Virus record (IMG/VR): IMGVR_UViG_3300048611_000076
Location: 1-36,177 of that record
Strand: one strand, 5' to 3'
Length of the DNA: 36,177 nucleotides
From: a virus
Taxonomy: Duplodnaviria; Caudoviricetes
The notes under the pieces are model-generated. The model saw nothing but the letters and a program-made list of their open reading frames with translations. It was not told the DNA's origin and did not search any database. Position 1 is the first letter of the stretch; each line of letters begins with the position of its first letter. Shown here piece after piece: positions 33,973 through 36,177 of the stretch. Position numbers and translations under genes: made by a program.

Positions 33973-33997
33973 AAGAAAGGCCGCTCTGTGGCGGCCT
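33973..33997. terminator. Terminator between the convergent RNA operon and early genes
   Basis: AGGCCGC/GCGGCCT stem; TTTCTT tract on the minus strand. Confidence 0.7.
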
Positions 33998-34015
33998 ATA
34001 ATCTATCTTAGGAAA

Positions 34016-34234
34016 TCAGTCTTCTGGCACTATTTCATATTTTAGAGTTTTCCCTAGCGTCTCCAGCGTCGCCTTAATCTCCAGGCATTGATCAATAGTA
34101 CCAAGACAGTCCTTAAAGTCACTGTCTCCCGACTTCCACCGGCATCCAGGACAACGCAAATCTACAAACCTCCATCCCAAAAACCAGGAACTCCTAATCC
34201 CGTACATTCCGTTTTCGAACTTGACGATTTTCAT
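34016..34234 (-). CDS. Hypothetical protein (MKIVKFENGMYGIR...)
   Basis: GGAG RBS and ATGA overlap give start 34234. Confidence 0.7.
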   Translation of the reverse strand: MKIVKFENGMYGIRSSWFLGWRFVDLRCPGCRWKSGDSDFKDCLGTIDQCLEIKATLETLGKTLKYEIVPED

Positions 34235-34443
34235 TGCTTTGTCTCCGACTTGTGCCCCAGCCCCTCGTTTAGCACCTCTTGTATACGGCATCCCAGCAGT
34301 TGCAGGGACTCACGAGAGAGCCGCGCCACAATCTCCTCAGCCACCCCCAGCGCCTGGCCGTCGGTCAGCAGCACTTCGGATGGATAGCACATCATGGCGA
34401 TATGCTCGCCGCACCTGGCTAGGATTACGTTTGGCTCTGTCAT
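34231..34443 (-). CDS. Hypothetical protein
   Basis: Overlap-coupled ORF with GAGGAG RBS. Confidence 0.65.
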   Translation of the reverse strand: MTEPNVILARCGEHIAMMCYPSEVLLTDGQALGVAEEIVARLSRESLQLLGCRIQEVLNEGLGHKSETKQ

Positions 34444-34622
34444 TTCCCTTCTCCTCTCTGCTTCCTGATCCTGATTTCCTCCCGGTCTACAGCAACCGAT
34501 TGCGGAGCGTCAATTGCCAATTTCACTTGATGAGATCGGCGGTCTACCTCGACGATAGTCACGCGGATATCATCTCCGATGATGATTGACTCGTTAATAC
34601 GTCTTGTGAGTATTAGTGACAC
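34440..34622 (-). CDS. csrA: Carbon storage regulator CsrA/RsmA homologue
   Basis: LILTRR.NESI.IGDDI.VT.......QVKL.IDAP..V.V.REEI aligns by eye with CsrA, including the Arg44 equivalent. GGAGGAG RBS, GTG start. Confidence 0.92.
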   Translation of the reverse strand: MSLILTRRINESIIIGDDIRVTIVEVDRRSHQVKLAIDAPQSVAVDREEIRIRKQRGEGK

Positions 34623-34852
34623 TAGAGAACTCCTCCATGCTTGAGTTTTACAATGTCTTCGGCAGACATGCCCGCCGTGACCAACTTGACAACCACTTCG
34701 TTACTTGGGGTTTCTGAGCTGGAGACTCCAATCGTCTCTTTTGCCAACTCAATTTCAGAGGTTGAGTCCAACAAACCGACATGCCACAACTTATTGGCGT
34801 CCTGATAGCAACTTCCTGTGCCCTCATCCCAGTACACAATTATTTTCTTCAT
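34622..34852 (-). CDS. Hypothetical protein (MKKIIVYW...)
   Basis: AAGGAG RBS and ATGA overlap give start 34852. Confidence 0.65.
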   Translation of the reverse strand: MKKIIVYWDEGTGSCYQDANKLWHVGLLDSTSEIELAKETIGVSSSETPSNEVVVKLVTAGMSAEDIVKLKHGGVL

Positions 34853-35088
34853 TTCTCTTGCTCCTTTTCCAGTTCTGCCAAAAGAGCATCGGCATATAGG
34901 ACTGCCATCTCGGCGGTATATTGACGGTCGCGCAACCATGTCCCATTCAATGCACTTGCAAGCCCCTGCATCGCCATAGCGGCGAAGTACTCGCGCTTTG
35001 TGAGTCCAGTCTCGTCAAAATACCCGTCTTGGAACCGGTCGCTCACTTCCCGGGCCAACGGCATTGCCGGAATATCACCGTTTTTCAT
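34849..35088 (-). CDS. Common small phage protein (PAMP...GLTKREYFAAMAMQG...AV.YADALL)
   Basis: Recognisable widespread phage motif of unknown function. Confidence 0.8.
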   Translation of the reverse strand: MKNGDIPAMPLAREVSDRFQDGYFDETGLTKREYFAAMAMQGLASALNGTWLRDRQYTAEMAVLYADALLAELEKEQEK

Positions 35089-35300
35089 CTTCCATTCTCC
35101 TTCATTGCTAATAGATCAAAAACCATCTCAGCCAGCACAGGCGCGGAGCCTATGAGGATGGACAGGGTTAGTAGGGTTGCGATTGTTTCATTCATCCATG
35201 GCCTCGCATTTATGCGGGACGACATGGATTTGCAAATCTCCGTAGCGGTCCACGCTCGCAGTGAATTCATATTCATGATTGCATTCCTCACACCTGACAT
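35085..35300 (-). CDS. Hypothetical protein with one TM segment
   Basis: ORF in the operon; exact start uncertain. Confidence 0.5.
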   Translation of the reverse strand: MSGVRNAIMNMNSLRAWTATEICKSMSSRINARPWMNETIATLLTLSILIGSAPVLAEMVFDLLAMKENGR

Positions 35301-35351
35301 ATTCTATGTTCAGAGAGGCGCTTACATTTGTATCGAAATATACAGTTTCCA

Positions 35352-35567
35352 TCACTCCTCCAGCATCTTCTCTAGTTTAGCCGGCATCCTCACCAGCCCG
35401 AGGCGGAAGCAGGCGCCAATAACACGGTCGCCGTGCTTGTCCTTCAATTCCTCGGGCAGCTTGCGGATGTTGCTCTCTGTCGTCCCCAGTGCCGCAGCTA
35501 GGGCTTTAGTTTGCTCTGCGTTGCTGGCTCCGGGGGCGAACAGTTGTAATGCTACACTTTTTCTCAT
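35352..35567 (-). CDS. Cro-like repressor
   Basis: MRKSVALQLF...KALAAALGTTESNIRKLPEEL...RVIGA, Cro-type HTH. First gene of the divergent operon. Confidence 0.7.
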   Translation of the reverse strand: MRKSVALQLFAPGASNAEQTKALAAALGTTESNIRKLPEELKDKHGDRVIGACFRLGLVRMPAKLEKMLEE

Positions 35568-35609
35568 GGTCTGCGGTTCTCGTTTGCGCCAATTTGTGGA
35601 AAATATTAC

Positions 35610-35638
35610 TTGACTGTGTGAGAATTTACTCTTATTGT
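35610..35638 (+). promoter_or_regulatory. Early promoter (PL-equivalent)
   Basis: TTGACT-N17-TATTGT; spacer contains TGTGAGAATTTACTCT. Confidence 0.75.
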
Positions 35639-35651
35639 TTGCAGAAATCAA
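35623..35651 (-). promoter_or_regulatory. Early promoter (PR-equivalent), overlapping the + promoter
   Basis: On the minus strand TTGATT-N17-TAAATT. Confidence 0.6.
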
Positions 35652-35668
35652 GCAAAGGAGAAAAGGAA

Positions 35669-36177
35669 ATGTCAGGCAAAATAATGATAACACTGGGCGA
35701 GATTCATAAGCACAACCCGTGTGCGGATGGATGGCGCAAGCTGCTGAAAGCCAAAGGGAAAACCGTTGCCGATGGTGATCAGTTCCCCCTGTCGGATATC
35801 CTGGATACTAACGACCTGGATGACTGTCTATGGGCTCTCAGATGCACACCGGAAAGCTACCACGGCCTATGGCGTAAGTTTGCAGTGTGGGCAGCGCGGC
35901 AGGTCGAACATTTAATGGAGGATGAGCGTAGCAAGACGGCGCTGGATGTGGCATGGCGCCATTCTAACGGAGAGGCTACTGATGAGGAGCTAGCCGCAGC
36001 CGGGGACGCAGCCAGGGCCGCAGCCTGGGCCGCAGCCAGGGACGCAGCCGGGGACGCAGCCGGGGACGCAGCCAGGGCCGCAGCCTGGGACGCAGCCGGG
36101 GACGCAGCCAGGGCCGCAGCCTGGGACGCAGCCGGGGACGCAGCCAGGGCCGCAGCCTGGGACGCAGCCAGGGCCGC
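35669..36177 (+). CDS. First early gene, 5' part. It wraps through the origin to TGA at 237-239 (~206 aa on the circle). Phage protein with a (G/R/W)(D/A)AA repeat tract, possibly Imm5-like.
   Basis: AGGAG/AAGGA RBS, ATG at 35669. Translation MSGKIMITLGEIHKHNPCADGWRKLL...FAVWAARQVEHLMEDERSKTALDVAWRHSNGEATDEELAAAGDAARAAAW. Not in the ORF track because it crosses the ends. Confidence 0.85.
   Translation, partial: MSGKIMITLGEIHKHNPCADGWRKLLKAKGKTVADGDQFPLSDILDTNDLDDCLWALRCTPESYHGLWRKFAVWAARQVEHLMEDERSKTALDVAWRHSNGEATDEELAAAGDAARAAAWAAARDAAGDAAGDAARAAAWDAAGDAARAAAWDAAGDAARAAAWDAARA
36051..36177. repeat. Terminal direct repeat (copy of 1-127)
   Basis: Identical to 1-127. Confidence 0.9.

Noticed and set aside
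33009-34045. ORF-track proteins across the RNA array (33009-33377, 33025-33336, 33454-33762, 33812-34045)
   Set aside because: These are translations of tRNA and structured RNA (for example WWRRWESNP and VAGSNP are T-arm shadows) and lack convincing RBSs.
36051-36177. 127-bp terminal repeat as a biological phage DTR
   Set aside because: The length equals a common assembly k-mer and it falls inside a coding tandem repeat. This terminase type is usually associated with headful packaging.

Overview
The window looks like a complete, circular ~36,050-bp P22-like (Lederberg-type) podophage genome. Bases 1-127 are identical to 36051-36177, and one ORF reads straight through the join. The host is probably a gammaproteobacterium (inference from csrA and sigma70-type promoters). 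The modules are: a leftward-equivalent early operon on + (Ala-rich 12-bp-repeat protein, Sak/Rad52 annealase, truncated Gp157); a rightward-equivalent early operon on - (Cro-like HTH, CsrA, antirepressor, YdaU/DUF1376 initiator with internal iterons, DnaB, nin-like genes, NinG); a small + strand moron; lysis genes; TerS/TerL; P22-type portal, scaffold, coat, gp4, gp10 and three ejection proteins; and three tail spike/fibre genes. I found no integrase, no CI repressor and no Q antiterminator. The most unusual feature is a ~1-kb non-coding + strand operon (32931-33997). It has about ten consecutive structured RNA modules, only three of which are decodable tRNAs (Ala-UGC, Thr-UGU, CAU/probably Ile2). 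The rest are tRNA-like mimics, and two of them carry the full alanine identity set (G3.U70, A73, encoded CCA) without a usable anticodon. Also notable are two related riboregulatory leaders, two nin-region paralogues built from four conserved DNA linkers around unrelated cassettes, and a 2OG-Fe(II) oxygenase coupled into the virion assembly operon. All protein calls come from motif recognition and synteny, and all RNA folds were paired by eye; no searches were run.
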